Source: Trichoplax sp. H2 (taxonomy: Eukaryota). Taken from it: a stretch of DNA of 64,000 nucleotides. Where the stretch lies: positions 1 through 64,000 of the forward strand of contig NOWV01000135.1 of assembly GCA_003344405.1 (NCBI GenBank). The letters are read 5' to 3'. The notes beneath the pieces are model-generated. The model saw nothing but the letters and a program-made list of their open reading frames with translations. It was not told where the DNA came from and did no database searches. The translations under genes were made by a program, and so were the position numbers. Below, in pieces: positions 12,801-26,600 of this stretch (its first letter is position 1; each line of letters opens with the position of its first letter).

Positions 12801-15800
12801 TTAGCGTAACTATACACCCAATTAGATTTTATATCAACAGCTGCTTCATTGTAATCGTTAAGTAAAGATTTTAATAGATAAATATTACTATTTACATCTG
12901 TTATAAAATCTATAAGGTATGTACGTAGCTGGGCTTCTGTGGATATAAACCATAAACTAAAAACTAATTTTACGTTATCTTATGATTAGCTGGCCTATAC
13001 TATGTTGGAGAAATCAAACTTAATGGTAGATTTACCTCTGATTTAAGCAATAAGGGTAGTCAGGCTTATTTATTATTAACCACTGAAACCGTTAATAAGG
13101 TAGAGCTGAGAATGAAAATTTATATCCAATGCTCTAATATTCTTTTAGCTTTAATGATATTCTATATTTCTTAAAGCTAAATGCAGCATTATTAGCGGAT
13201 ATTAGAACTCAATATACAGTTCGGCAATTGATCATTACCAACGTGAGGTTAGTTCCCTATGGTCATAATTTTGCAAAGAGAGCGCTTTTGTTGATAGTAC
13301 AATTGCATTAAACATCGTATTATCACCTGTATTTCTTATACTTAAAAAGGCCTGGAAGTATAGTTATCGATTTTTCTATAACGCTGCAACCAAATGCTAC
13401 ATCAGTAACGGCTCAATTTCTGGATAGTGTTACCAATCGAAGTATCAAACAAATCGGCAACTATCCGGTTGCGCTAATTACTTTTCAAGGTATTTCGTTC
13501 AATGATTAAAATTATAACATGATATTACCAATATCATAAGATTTCTATTTATTTAAAATTTTAAGTGCTTTATGTATTTAGATACAGTATTTTACTTGCA
13601 TATTCGTATACACTTGTATTTGAAATATCATGGGTGAATACGATATTTGTAAACTTTTCTTGCCCTTTTAAATAAGAATAATTACATTGTGCTAAGATTA
13701 CGACATGTACCTTAAAAATTTTTTAATAAGTATTGTCAAGATGATAGCAATCAACTTAGATAATGAAGTTTAATAAATAATAGTTTAATATTCCTATCGA
13801 TTTTAATTTTATTTGTTTTATATAGCTTATTTGCATATAAAATATTATATATATTATACGCATATATAGTTCTGGCTATGTTGTCTATAAATTCAAATAA
13901 GAATAATTAATCACATTTTGGCTACAGTGTGCATCTAAAAATCCTTATACTCTTATGGGTACGATAGATGATAATAAATAACTTAACCGGGAGATAACAC
14001 TTTTAGAAAAAAAAAAATACCGTTGCTATACAGTATAATAAATGATTAACATACTATAAATTTCATTGTTACGCAGAATACTGGTAAGATCTAAGATAGT
14101 TCAAATGAAAAACAGTTATATGATTCTGCTTTTCCTCATAGATTATGACCAATGTGCCGATCCTCAAGCCAATTCTTGTTCCAAATTGCAAAATTGTACG
14201 AAAAAACCAGGGACATATGGGTGCACTTGTATTAATGGCTATCAACTAGACTTACAAAGCAACAATTGCCAAGGTAAGTTTAAAGGAGATCATATTGTGT
14301 ATGCCTATTAGATCATTCCTGTAACACTATTGAATGAAAACGCTATTATTTATTCTATGCTTACTGTTATACACTATTTAGATATCGATGAATGCTTGGT
14401 TCCATCTAGATGTGCAAACAATAGTATTTGCATAAATGAACCAGGAGGATTTCAGTGCCAGTGCTTAGACGGATATAGTGGTAACGGCCTAACTGAATGT
14501 AGATGTAAGTCTTGCTCCAAATACATAGTTTAGTCAATACAAGATGATTCTAATGTGTAATTCAATTAATGGTAGCAAATAAAGTAGCTTATTTCCACTA
14601 CACTTCATATTTGATTTCAATTCCTTGATACTTGAATATAAATTTTACTAACGTAGAGGTGACATCATTAATTCTAAATTATAGCATTATGTTCAAGTAA
14701 TCTATGTAAAAACGGTGGAACATGTTTTTACTCTAATGGCACCTCTCTTTGCAAGTTAGTTAATTATTTTAAGTTTGTTATCATCTCTACATTATTGCAC
14801 TTTCTCCTCGCCATCATAACCTGAGATCGACTAATTATAGTAATCATGATGTGATCTATTGACAGTTGTTCAGCCGGATTTGATGGCCAATATTGCGAAA
14901 GCACAAGTGTACTCAGTGAGTATTAATAAATCTTGCAATAATAAGCAAGATTTGTCCTTGTCTCCTAATATCAATTAAGAATATGAAGGAAATATTTTAA
15001 AATGGATGATCTAAAATGTGCTTTTACATTTTATTATGCATATGACTCTTCTATCAATTGAACAGCTATACCAACACTTGGAATTGCTTTCGGTATAGCT
15101 GGGGGAGTTTTGATATTGATTTTAACTCTAATCGGCGTATTTGTCTTTTATCATCGCAATAAAAAGTATGTAGCCTATGTCTGATCAATAATAAGACTTA
15201 TATTTTAGGTCGTATTGTATTTCTATTTTTTGATTAAATCACCTGTTGACATCCGGGTTTAGTTATAAGGTGATAAATGATAGAAGTACGGTAGTCTTTC
15301 TCGCTTTTGTAAATTTTAAATGTTAATTGCTTAGCAAGGGTAAGTAATATCATATGCGTAGAAACGTAGGAAAGAGATGTATAGTTTAATTATTTGAACT
15401 TTTAACTAGTTTATTCGACAATAACGCATATTATGATCACACTAAATGTTACTACTGCCTATAAGTTTTAAGCATCAAGGCGAGTTATCTTAACTGTGTT
15501 CCCTTTGTGAAATGCAGTATATTTTAAGGCTCGTATATCTGATAATTTATAAAAAGAATTTACGAATTTTTGACAAAAATTTTCAATAGGGCAAGAAGTA
15601 AAGCAGAATGTGGAAAAAATAGTGGCAATGCCTCAATTGCTTCCAGTGCTTCGAGTAATAGTGATGTAGATGATCCAACCCAACATCATGGACAACACCA
15701 ATCACAAAGAATTGAGAGTGTTATATCTTTATTTTCTGAGAAGCGCTATCGAAGTAGCTATTATCAAGGAATTAGATCAGACGAACAAAGTAGTACTGAT

Positions 15801-15902
15801 AGGACAAAAAGAAAAGTTCCCAAAGCAGAGAATATAGATTTAGTAAAAAATTCAAAGAAAAAAGGTGTAAAGGAGAAGCTACAACGAGTGAACAGAAACT
15901 AA
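58..15902 (+). CDS. Gene A: giant type-I transmembrane mucin-like protein (S/T repeats - 15 EGF - NIDO - AMOP - VWD - Ig-like - 10 EGF - SEA - 3 EGF - TM - tail); multi-exon, 5'-truncated by the window edge
   Basis: Phase-consistent GT-AG exons. S/T-rich: 58-393, 553-867, 1152-2207, 2338-2496. 15 EGF exons at 2610-5994 (DIDEC...[18 protein letters not shown]). NIDO from 6096 ([30 protein letters not shown]). AMOP ~7800-8324 (LPACPC, QRCCYS, ACC). VWD ~8455-9021 ([25 protein letters not shown]). Ig-like ~9718-9980. EGF ~9980-12614. SEA ~12990-13489. EGF 14141-14915. TM exon 15066-15165 ([25 protein letters not shown]). Tail 15590-15902 ending TAA. Confidence 0.92.
2873..5012 (+). repeat. Array of 10 near-identical calcium-binding EGF exon+intron units (~219-bp period, 123-nt exons)
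   Basis: Repeated tgtcataatagatctatatgtataaataacattggatcttatcaatgccaatgc...ggattttcgggtaacggcac. The introns also share motifs (tctacattag acceptors). Confidence 0.95.
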
Positions 15903-18900
15903 GCGATACTAATAGTAACATAAAAAAGGAATAACCCGTAAAAAACAGGATATCGCAGCAGAAGATACAAAATTTGGCAAAGAATCGATACCAACAGGTG
16001 TAGAGAAATAAAATTACAAAATATAAAGTGAAGCGGGAAGATAGCGCTGTAAATAAGGATATATGAAGCGAGAAACAGCTTAAATTAACACTAGGTACTA
16101 TAAAGTTAATTAGAAAAGAACTTGAGTAAAAATTAAGCTTAATTGGAAAGCAATATTGCGCCCTATAATAGTAAGATAATTTTGAATATTCAATGCTTTA
16201 TTACATTATTTATTAATAAAATATGGTAGTGCGAGTAGGATACTTGATATTATAATAACTAGAAATAAGACTGCACAGTGTTACGATAAAAATCAAGTTT
16301 AGTATACAGTAATATTCTATAAAGATAATATAGATAATTCAGAAAATCTCAATATAATACTATATTATTTGGTGGTATACTACAGCAATGCGAGTATTGT
16401 ATTTGATATTCTTCGCTAATCATGGCTTAAAAGTTAAACAATATTATTAAAATAAAGTTTAGGTGACAATGTATTGTAATCGAATTGGTTTTGCAAGCTA
16501 ATAAAATTAAAAAAATTAAAGTTACAATATTAACATTTTACCGCCTATTTTCTTAACTAATTGCAAATGAAAAATATATAAATCTCCATTTTATGCTGAT
16601 TCGCTACTTCAAGCTTTGCATAAAGAATCTAATTACGCATGGCTTAAACATCAATATGTTGGCACTTCTAGATCACTAAGATAAACTGTAAGCATAAATA
16701 GAACACAAATTCAACTACGGTACAGTACACCCAGGTTACAAAAATGTTACTTCTCACGCAGTTGACGGACATTTATCTATTTTTGTTATACGCCATGTGT
16801 ACGTTGTATTTTGTTATCCTATATTAATTTCTAGAAGGAATGCTTTCAGTAAGCTTGATGTACATCTTAAACTTTGTAGGCTATTAGCACTAGTCTGGGT
16901 GAAATTCTAAATGAAAGACTTTATTATAATTATTATAATTTTATGTTTCTACATTAAATGATTTGAGATGTGTCATAAAGGTTGACATAATCTCAACTTT
17001 TACGAATATTTATTGGATTTATTTATCCTCACTTATGAATTTGGAGTTTATAAGTATTTTTGGGGGCTAGATTCGGTTAATTTTATCATAAAACGTGAAC
17101 ATGACCGTACTACTATTCACTACATTTTCCTGCTTTTTGTATTAGTTACAATTTTGGAACTATGATCTTACTATTACACAAATTTTTTTTAATATTATAA
17201 TATATAAAATGATAAAGCTTTAAAGCGTACTGCAGCTAGTCATTATGATTTAATATGATTATCAAAGCTAACTAGTTGTGTTAAGTTAGAAGTTATAGGA
17301 GGATATGCAGAAGATTTCAATTATTTCATTGATTAATTAATTATTAAACCTAACCACTCGGTGATAAATTTAAATTTGAATTACTGATAATATGGAAGTG
17401 TTCATAAGCCTTGGCCCACTATACAAATTTGCTAAGAGAATACTGTCCTATAAAATTTGCTACTTATTTTTATAGTTTGAACTGAAATTTTTTAACCATT
17501 AAAAATAGTCAACAAATTTGAAGTAGGGCGTAGTTCATCGCCCGAAGTCACAATTGCGCATTTTTCACATCGGTATGCTGGGGCTAATGGTAACCTCTAC
17601 TATAGTATCGAATGCAGTATGCGTTAGTACAGCATAATTACCTGAATGCGAGCGCCGCGGGATTCAAATCAAAACGTATTCCGCTTTCCGTTGATTCAAA
17701 TATGGGTAATTATCGTCTTGATGACTAATAGGATAAAGATCGCATTCCATTGTAGCAGTCTCGCCAGCAATTATTTTATTATTTTCCGAAAACTTTGGTG
17801 TAATATTTTTACTATTGTTATAGTAATGTACTTAAAGTACTGTACATGATAGCATTTTATGTGAGTATATCCATCTATGTAGCAGAAATCATTATACTTC
17901 AGTTCAAAAATACAATAGCTGAAAGTTTCAGTTCCGCTAAATGTTCACCTGTGGGACATTAATGGATCTTATTAGTTGTATCAATTGTAGTATGCAAAGA
18001 TGGGGAATATAAGTACAACTTAGTAGATATTAGTAAAGTATCATAATAATTCTCTGGCATTTTATGTGCTGAATTTATCATATGCAGCTTTTAAAAATGT
18101 AATTAAAAAGCTTAATGAATTGTATAATTTATTCTAAGAAAATTATCAGCCTGACGGTTATGAATAGAATTTTGCTCCTTTTCATCATGGTATAAATCCA
18201 TATAGTAATTGGATAAAATCAGAACTTCTATGTTACTGTCCATATCAACATTTGACTTTACTAAAGTAGACGTACTTATTTGAATCATGTCATCATTAAA
18301 ATATGTCAAGTATTTAATATCATCTAACATAGTTCAAAACTAAGGATATGATAAAATTTGAAATACATTTACAACTTTTCAGTCAACTTTTATATATACA
18401 GTATAGTATAGTACTGTAACTATACCGGTTTAAATATACTGATCAACGACAATTAATGTATTTCGCGTACTGTGCGTTGTGTACACCTCATAGAATATTA
18501 CTTAAGTGTAAGCAGAGCTGCATCATAACTGCAGAATTAATACTAGGTACATCAACTTACAGCTAAAAATTGATAGTAGTATTTGTTCGAATCTTCTCGT
18601 TAATTAAACTGTTTCGCAGATTTCCATACTTAGAAGGATACTACTGAGAAACTACTAAAACAAAATTCACAAATTGATGATGCGAGTTAACCGATAAAAG
18701 CTCATACAGAAACAGTAGTTTTGACTTTTGAGCTGTAGTTTCAGCATATTGTATACTTGTATCTTACTCTTCTTAGTCTACTTATTTTATAAGTTAATCA
18801 TAATCAGTTGAATGATCGCATAGGGAAAAGCACAGAACGGTTACCCATGAAGGAGGGAGGAGTCAGTATTGGAATTGATTGACTATTTTATTATTCCTCT

Positions 18901-19576
18901 CTCTCATAGCTTTAATCGTCTTTTATGTGAGCATATTTTAGTCAGCATTTTGTGGATAATACAGATGCTTTGAATTATTAAGACAATAGAAAGCGTTGCT
19001 TCGATAATAAATATTATTGATCTCATCTATTTGTTGACTCTTATGAGTTTATTTAAAATTGCTTCTTGATTCATCAAAGTGTAGGTAAGATAATAAGATT
19101 TCAAAATGAAGGATGAAAGGCTCATTCTATAGTTTTATTTATTCATAAGATCAGACACAGAAAGCATCATCTTACGGTTCTTCTTTAAAGTAACTATAGC
19201 AACATCATGACGTTAAAGAAAGGAATATAAGTCTGTTAATTTAATTAACTTAATTTACAGCAAATAATGGCTAATTTTTCGTCTTTTGACCATATATTGA
19301 ACATCTTGATACCGCAATTACTAGGCAAATTTGCCTATATAATTTCTTATATGGAAACTACTTCATGTCTTGCTATTTGATACTGTTGAAAAGCTTTCGA
19401 TATGGAAATTAGATACGAATACAATCACGTGCTATCATGAGGCTTATTGTTAAGACAATATATGTCTTTTCCCTTCGTTTCCATAATGTGATTGATTGAT
19501 TGATATAACTAGAAAAAGACCGACTACCAATGTGATACTATTGTTTATGGCAGAATAATAGTTTAAATACACTTAC

Positions 19577-19973
19577 TAAGTGCGGTCAGTGCAGTACTGC
19601 CGCTTATCCTTATACCTACTTCTGCAGCAGATTAATCATATATATGAACTTGGTTAGAACTATTTTGTGGTATAAATGTAATTAAAATTTAAATCGAGTT
19701 AAGACTATTATCGTTGGAATCTCCGTAAGCTAGAATCAAATTTGAAAGGTACCATGACTCTTCATGTTACTTTGAATTATTTATCCTCTATTTTCACATT
19801 TCTCTTATTAAAATGTGATATAAAGCCTGGATCTATTTTGCTATACTGTATGGATTGAATAAATTAATGGAGCATTAGCTGATTTTTAATTTAGAGTTAA
19901 TAGCTGATTTAATTTGAAGTACCGGTACTTGGACAGCTACTACTTGATGCTAGTACTGAATAGACCGCACTTA
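19577..19973. mobile_element. Possible MITE-like element (~400 bp, imperfect ~22-bp terminal inverted repeats, TA at both outer ends)
   Basis: Left end taagtgcggtcagtgcagtact (19577-19598). Right end agtactgaatagaccgcactta (19952-19973), whose reverse complement is taagtgcggtctattcagtact. No ORF inside. Confidence 0.3.
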
Positions 19974-20630
19974 AGTTTCAATATGGATCATGATACGATC
20001 AGTGCTATATTTGGCGGGATAGCTAACCCTTGCTTAAAATAATTATCACTATTTTATAGCTTCTCTTTAATTCATCAAATCATCTACTTTTCAATCCTGA
20101 TTTGCTATATTCAAAGCCGAATACTAATTAGATGCTTACGATCGAAACATTGACTTGTTAGCTGATATTAAAATGTTTCATCTTGCTTATATTTGACATA
20201 TTCACTTGAAGACCCCTACAATTTAATACACTACTTAAATCTAAATTTAGGGCTTATAATAAAGTACCCCTCAGCCGGATAGTAACATACTGTGAATATC
20301 ATCCTTTAGAATAGGTGCTAGACAACTGCTGCGCAATAATAGTCTAGTTCCAATTTTTTGAATTCAAGTAACATTACTAAGCTTGAAATTCTCCTTTGTT
20401 TCATCGTGTGTAGATTATTTCTAACTTAATCAATACTTGGCTGTCATTCCCTATTCTTCATTTGCAATCAAAATTATTATTTCGCCGGGCACGTCAAGGT
20501 ACTGATATAAAAGTTGATAAATCAATAGTTAAAATCTACATTCAGTACTGTTTACTATTTCACCTGATGTCTACTTTTTTACCGATGATCTCGCCATCAA
20601 ATATGATACTAGGGAAAAATAGGTTGCCAA

Positions 20631-23600
20631 ATGAAGAAAAGAAAAATTGGCAATTTGACCTACAACCTATCAAGGCTGCTTCTTTCCTATCTATTAATTC
20701 TAAATTGGAAGTATGCCCATACTCTAGGTAAGTGGAATAAGTACTGTAATAGTACAATGTAATAATATTATTAGATTCTAACCTCAGACTTCTCATTCCG
20801 TTCATGAATATTTTATTAATGAAAGTCAATAATGTGCTATAAAAGCAGTTCTCATTCATACGTAGCGTTTTATTTCTCTAAATATACCCTGATACTTATT
20901 TTACCGAAATTAATTTTTCAACACTAATGACACCTAACGTTAGCGAAATTGATCACCAACGGTATTTGACCCTTTATTAGCCTTTGAATAAAAATATAAA
21001 ACAACACAATAAAATCAGAAATTTGATATCCACGCTCTTTTTCTTTCTCTAATATACGGGCGATTGATGTTGATTAATTTAGTAAATAATTACTTTACTT
21101 TTACACATAGACACGCGTACTCTATGTAATGTAACGGATATTTGTGTAGTATTTAGGCCATCATCAACTTTAGATAATTATAATCTAAACTCGGTTGAAT
21201 TTTTATATCTAATTGTTTCTGACTATAATAACTAATGCCCTAGTTCCAGCGTCATGATGTTAGCTTTATCTGCAATAGTCCAAGGCTAAATTTAGCATTA
21301 ATGGATTTTTCAAATCATTCTAGTCGATTTAATGCCTCAATACCTAGAAAGTATTAGAGTATATATACAATTATACCGTATGTGAATAATGTTACCTGTC
21401 CATTCTAACGAACAGTTAGTAGTGTGAAACTGTGAAAATTCTATCATTCATTTTCTAAATAAATGACATTGTTAATATTCAGTTAGTGTTTGCGATTTTG
21501 AGAGACGTTGCTTAATTACTCTTACTTAATGAAGCTATAAGTATTGAAGAATTGAATGAACTATAATCGTTTACTGATAGGATAGAATTGCTAATTATAT
21601 GAGTATTTATTCTGTCAAAGGCGATGATGGCGGACAAAACGGGTATTCGATGTCGGAAGCTGGTAAATTTAACTCGGAATGGATTGGAGTTGCGGAGAGT
21701 AAGTCAAAGATTGTTTTTAAATGTTTCTGTGAATTTATTTTAAATTATATTTACCTTGCTAAATTGTTAACGTTAGAAATGCCATAATTGAATTACTTCC
21801 ATAGAAATCTTTAGTGTTCCATTTTTATTACATGGCTAAGAATGCTAATTGTATTAACAACTAATGTTATTCATTAATTCTAATTCTAATTTTATGATTG
21901 ATAAGGTCTATTTAGCCAAAATGAACAAACAGGAGTAGAGGTTATCTCGACAACAGTGGTATCTGAAAAACAAAATGGTAATTCATAACTTAGAATGATT
22001 ATCCTCTGTAAGATGTTAACTCCCAGATACGCAGCTCTGCCTCTTCATAGTCACTCACAGTTAAATGAATGACAGAAAAAGGGAGCAAGTAGACTCTGCT
22101 TATTGAAAGATGGAATATTTTTTGGGGGACTTGGAGTTACAAATTTCTTCCTATAAATGAGTTATGAACGATACAAATACACTGAACGCGGGTTTGTTGC
22201 ATACCGCTATATCGTATGTACTAGAAATCAACAGTCTAACGCTATCTACGCACACTATAATAATTCGTACTGAATAATTATTGAGAAAATTTTTTCTCTG
22301 CTACCTTCTATGCAAATATATCTATAAATTACTAAATACTGTTTCTTTAGTAACTCATGATTAATCTCAACTTTACGAAATATCCATAGAGACTAGAGTC
22401 TCTTGCCTCTGAGAAGATATTCTACTACCTTCCGTGTTCAACGTACGCATGAGGACGGAGATAGTGATGCATATAGAAAGGTTTTCTAATTTCTTCTATC
22501 ACAATTATTAATTAGTTGTACTTTAATCCACGTAATAATAAATGGAATAATTACTTGAAAAGAAATTAAATACTGTCCTTAGTAATTGCCCTCATCCTAC
22601 CTCGTAATACCCTGTTATAAAATCATAATATTGGCTTCCTATGCATTTTACGAAACTTTCTATCTCTATTGAACATAAAAAATCTTCGACTGACTGACGT
22701 ACATCCCTCGCAGACATTAGATGTCTTTATTAATAGAATAAAAATATAAGCAATGTATTGTAAATCAAGTAGTGATACTCAATATGCTGATCAACCTTAA
22801 ATGTATCCTAGATTAGGCCACACTTAGTATTTAATTATTATCCTTAGTAATCACCCTCATCCTGCCTCGAAATACCCTGTTATAAAATTACAATATTGGC
22901 TTCCAATGCGTTTTACGAAACTTTCTATTTACTAAATAGGGAAAATCTTCGACTGACTAGCGTACATCACTTGCAGACATTAGGTGTGTAAGCAGTCAGT
23001 TGTAAATCAGGTAGTGATATTCAATATATTGATCAACGTTAAATATATCCTAGATTAGGCCGCACTTATTTGCGGCTTATTTTATTTGTAAAGGCCATTT
23101 GCCTAGCCAAATTCTGATCAAAGGCAGAATACTGCGCTCGCGGTTTTTCTCCTACTTTTTACTATACTTCGTACGGTACATTAGTGCCAGCTGTAGACTG
23201 TCCGCTCACTGTACTGTACACTCAGTGTCAATCTACCGCAGTACCAACAGGTATTGGGTACAACTGCACGAGCTTCTTCCCTCCGATTCATACTCCTCTT
23301 TCCTAGACGAACCGTCTAAATTTGAAAATGGTGTCCGCCAAAAAGTTTAATCCTCTTTTTTATTTATTGAAATTATAAGTTTTCACTTTACTTTACCTAT
23401 AGTAAAATTCTACTTTATCATTATTATGCAAGAGTAAATATGATCGAGGGATATCATACTTCAAGTCTCCAATTTATTGATGAAACTGCCATGTTGCAGA
23501 AATTTCACTGGCTATACTAGAATGTAATATTTTACTTTTTAGAAGGATACTTTTTGCTGTTGGAATCATTGAAGGCTAAAATTTTAGCTTTACCGCAATT

Positions 23601-26600
23601 AAAGTAGAAATATCAGGATATAATTGTATTTTACAACAGCAAATACTGCCAAAGGTCTAAAATTCTAGAATTACTTCAGCAGTATATGATGATCATATTT
23701 GAATGAAAATCATAGAAGGATATATATAGCCATCATCGCTGGGTTCTTAGTACAAGTGCTGTCAACACTTTTTTTTGTAAAAACGAACGGGTATTGAGTG
23801 CAACTTCACCGGCTTCAGACCTCAAATTCTATCTCTCTGCAGGACGAACCTTACAGTTTTAAATTGGTACCTGCGAAAATGTTTAATGCTCTTTTTCATT
23901 TATTGAAAGATGTAAGTTGTCGCTTTACCTACGGTAAAAATTCTATGCAAGACTAAATACGTAGATTAATTAGAATTATCGAAGGATGTCATGCATACAG
24001 TCTTAAATTTAATAAGGGAATTGAAATATTACAGAAATTTCACTGGCAGTATTTAAAAAATTATTTTAGAATTACTGAAGGCTAAAATTTTGATTTTACC
24101 GTAACTAACTCTTGTAGAAATAGGAGGATATAATTCTATCATGTAAGATGAAAATACTATCTCTTGCGCACGCATATATCCAACAACTCACAAGAAGTGA
24201 CACTATTACCATATCATAGCGTAACATACAACACTATCAAAGATAAAATTCTAGAATTACCTTAGCAGTATATGTATGAAGATCATTTTTAATGTAGAAT
24301 CATGGAAGACTGTCCATCCATCATCGCTTTGGGTGGGTTCGTAGAGCACATGCTGTAACAATTGTTTTAGTAATTATGTGAAAGTAAAATTTTTTGTAAG
24401 TCTTCCTTGATAAAACTAAAATTTTATAAAATTACAGTGACAGGATTTCAATGTCATTTTACATGATTAAAGGCTATGAGTTTTTGCGGATCAATTCGAT
24501 TAGATGGACTAACCTTGTTTTACCAGGCTTCAACCTGACATAGCTCGGGAACGGTATCGCGGTCGTGCCGAGACTTAATCGGGGATCAATTTGATATCAC
24601 GTTTTGCTTCGCTGTCTGTTCGAAAGCATTTTATAATACAGTACTATAAAATGGTCGCTATTGTCTAGCCTAGAGAGTTTAGGGTCTCTAGACTAGCCGA
24701 TACTCGTTTTTCATAAAATTAACCCAGAATTAAAGTAAAGAGTTTGCAAATTTTAATTCATTTTATACTAATTTGCAATATTATACTATTGAAATACGTA
24801 CACTTATGTATTCTATTCACTGCACTTGAAAGGAAATTAGGGATTATTTTTCCGTTAAAGGATGCATATCTTGAAAGTTGAAACTAAATATTCTAAGAAA
24901 TAAATTTAAAGTTTATGAAGGAGCAGACCTTGTCTGTCCTTGCTCAGTTTGTACAGCTTTTATTCTAATTATCGAATAGGCATCACTACGTCATAAATTC
25001 GGCCGTGTGCACTGCGTAGTACTTGTCCTACGGAGCAAACTGTAGTTAAATGTTGAGCGTTCGTACCCGTATAGCAGAACGTTGAAAGTTTTGCCGTTTA
25101 TAATTGCAGTATAAGCGCTTACGTATCCCAAGTTTTGTTATATTAAATTGATAGTTAAACTATTCAAAGCATAATATGTTTTGCATGGCTTTCCTGTCCT
25201 AGAAGACGTTAATGAATCATTATTAACAGAACACATAGTGCCAGTATCGCTCAATAATACCCAGGATCACATTACTACTGATGGGGTAACAGCTTCATCA
25301 TCGGTGCAAGTGTTAAATTTAGAACATACGCAGGTATCAGTATCTGTAGGAAGTGAAGACCAATTTGGTACAGATAGCATATTGAATTCGAAATCACAAT
25401 TACAGCCCATCTCAAGTGAGACTATATTGGCCTTCGAAGATGACACCATCGGAATTAACCATTTATCTTCAGTACTGGAAATACACAATCTGTGCAACCG
25501 ACAGCCTCATCATTGCATTTATCTAACGAACTGGAAAGTAGTCACCAAATAGCAGCAACTGATGAACAGTCTAACATCGATTATACGACTTCGCTTCTAG
25601 CTGATCAATTACATTCAAATGCTCCTACGTATGGTAACATAGATAATCCGATCACTGCTGGTATTTTATCATCCGGAGATGAAACTAGGCTTACAGGTAG
25701 CCATTATAAGCAATTAACAAAATCTCAATTTTTGTCATCAGTACATTATGTTAAAATTTCTACATTTTCTGATCATATCGATTCTAATTTCATCGGCATG
25801 TCTTCAGATAAAGTTTTAATCTCTATGAAAGAGTCACCACAATGGACTACGCAAAATATCATGTACACACCGAAAGCATCGATAATTCCTGAGAGTGATA
25901 TCACAGTAGATAAAACAAGCCAAGACGATAATTTGCAAGAATTAAGAAGTACGACTACGAAAATAATATCTAACGTTAACATAGATTTAAGTAGCATGCT
26001 TCAAAACGAAGAACAGGAAGAATCTGCGAGTACACTACAATCAGCAATAGATAATTTCGTAGTTTCATCGCCTGTTAATAATATCGAATCTAATTCTGTC
26101 GATATTATATCAGATAAAATTTCAATTTATTCTGATGGATTATCACAAACGAATACACATAACATCATGTATACACCGGAAGCATCGATACATACAGAGA
26201 GCGACATAATAGCAGATATAACAAGTCAAGACGAAAACTTACAAGAAACACGAAGTACAACACTAATATCTGACGTCAATATAGAACTAAGTAGTACAAT
26301 TGGAAAAGAAGAAGAAAAAGAATCGACTAATATCGACAACATTATATCTGCAGCAGGTAATAAAGTATCGACTATAATAATAAGTACACATAATTAAGTT
26401 ATACTACTGTATAAAGTACTTGTAATCATACAACTATTATGCTTATAGTTACTGTAGTAGACATATAATAAAATTTATGTATATAGTGTATATAGTATTA
26501 AAGACAGTATTCAATATTGCAATAACTAATTAAACTCAGAATAGATTACGTACTTAAGATATACGTGCTATAAATATATTACATACTATAGAGATACAAG

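Noticed and set aside
17525-17849. GC-richer patch with small hairpin (gggcg...cgccc) and 67-aa ORF 17646-17849
   Set aside because: There is no tRNA or snRNA signature and no recognisable protein. A better signal-peptide exon for gene B exists at 20631.
22390-22480. Exon-like segment in the large gene B intron
   Set aside because: I found no acceptor/donor pair giving an open phase 1-1 exon.
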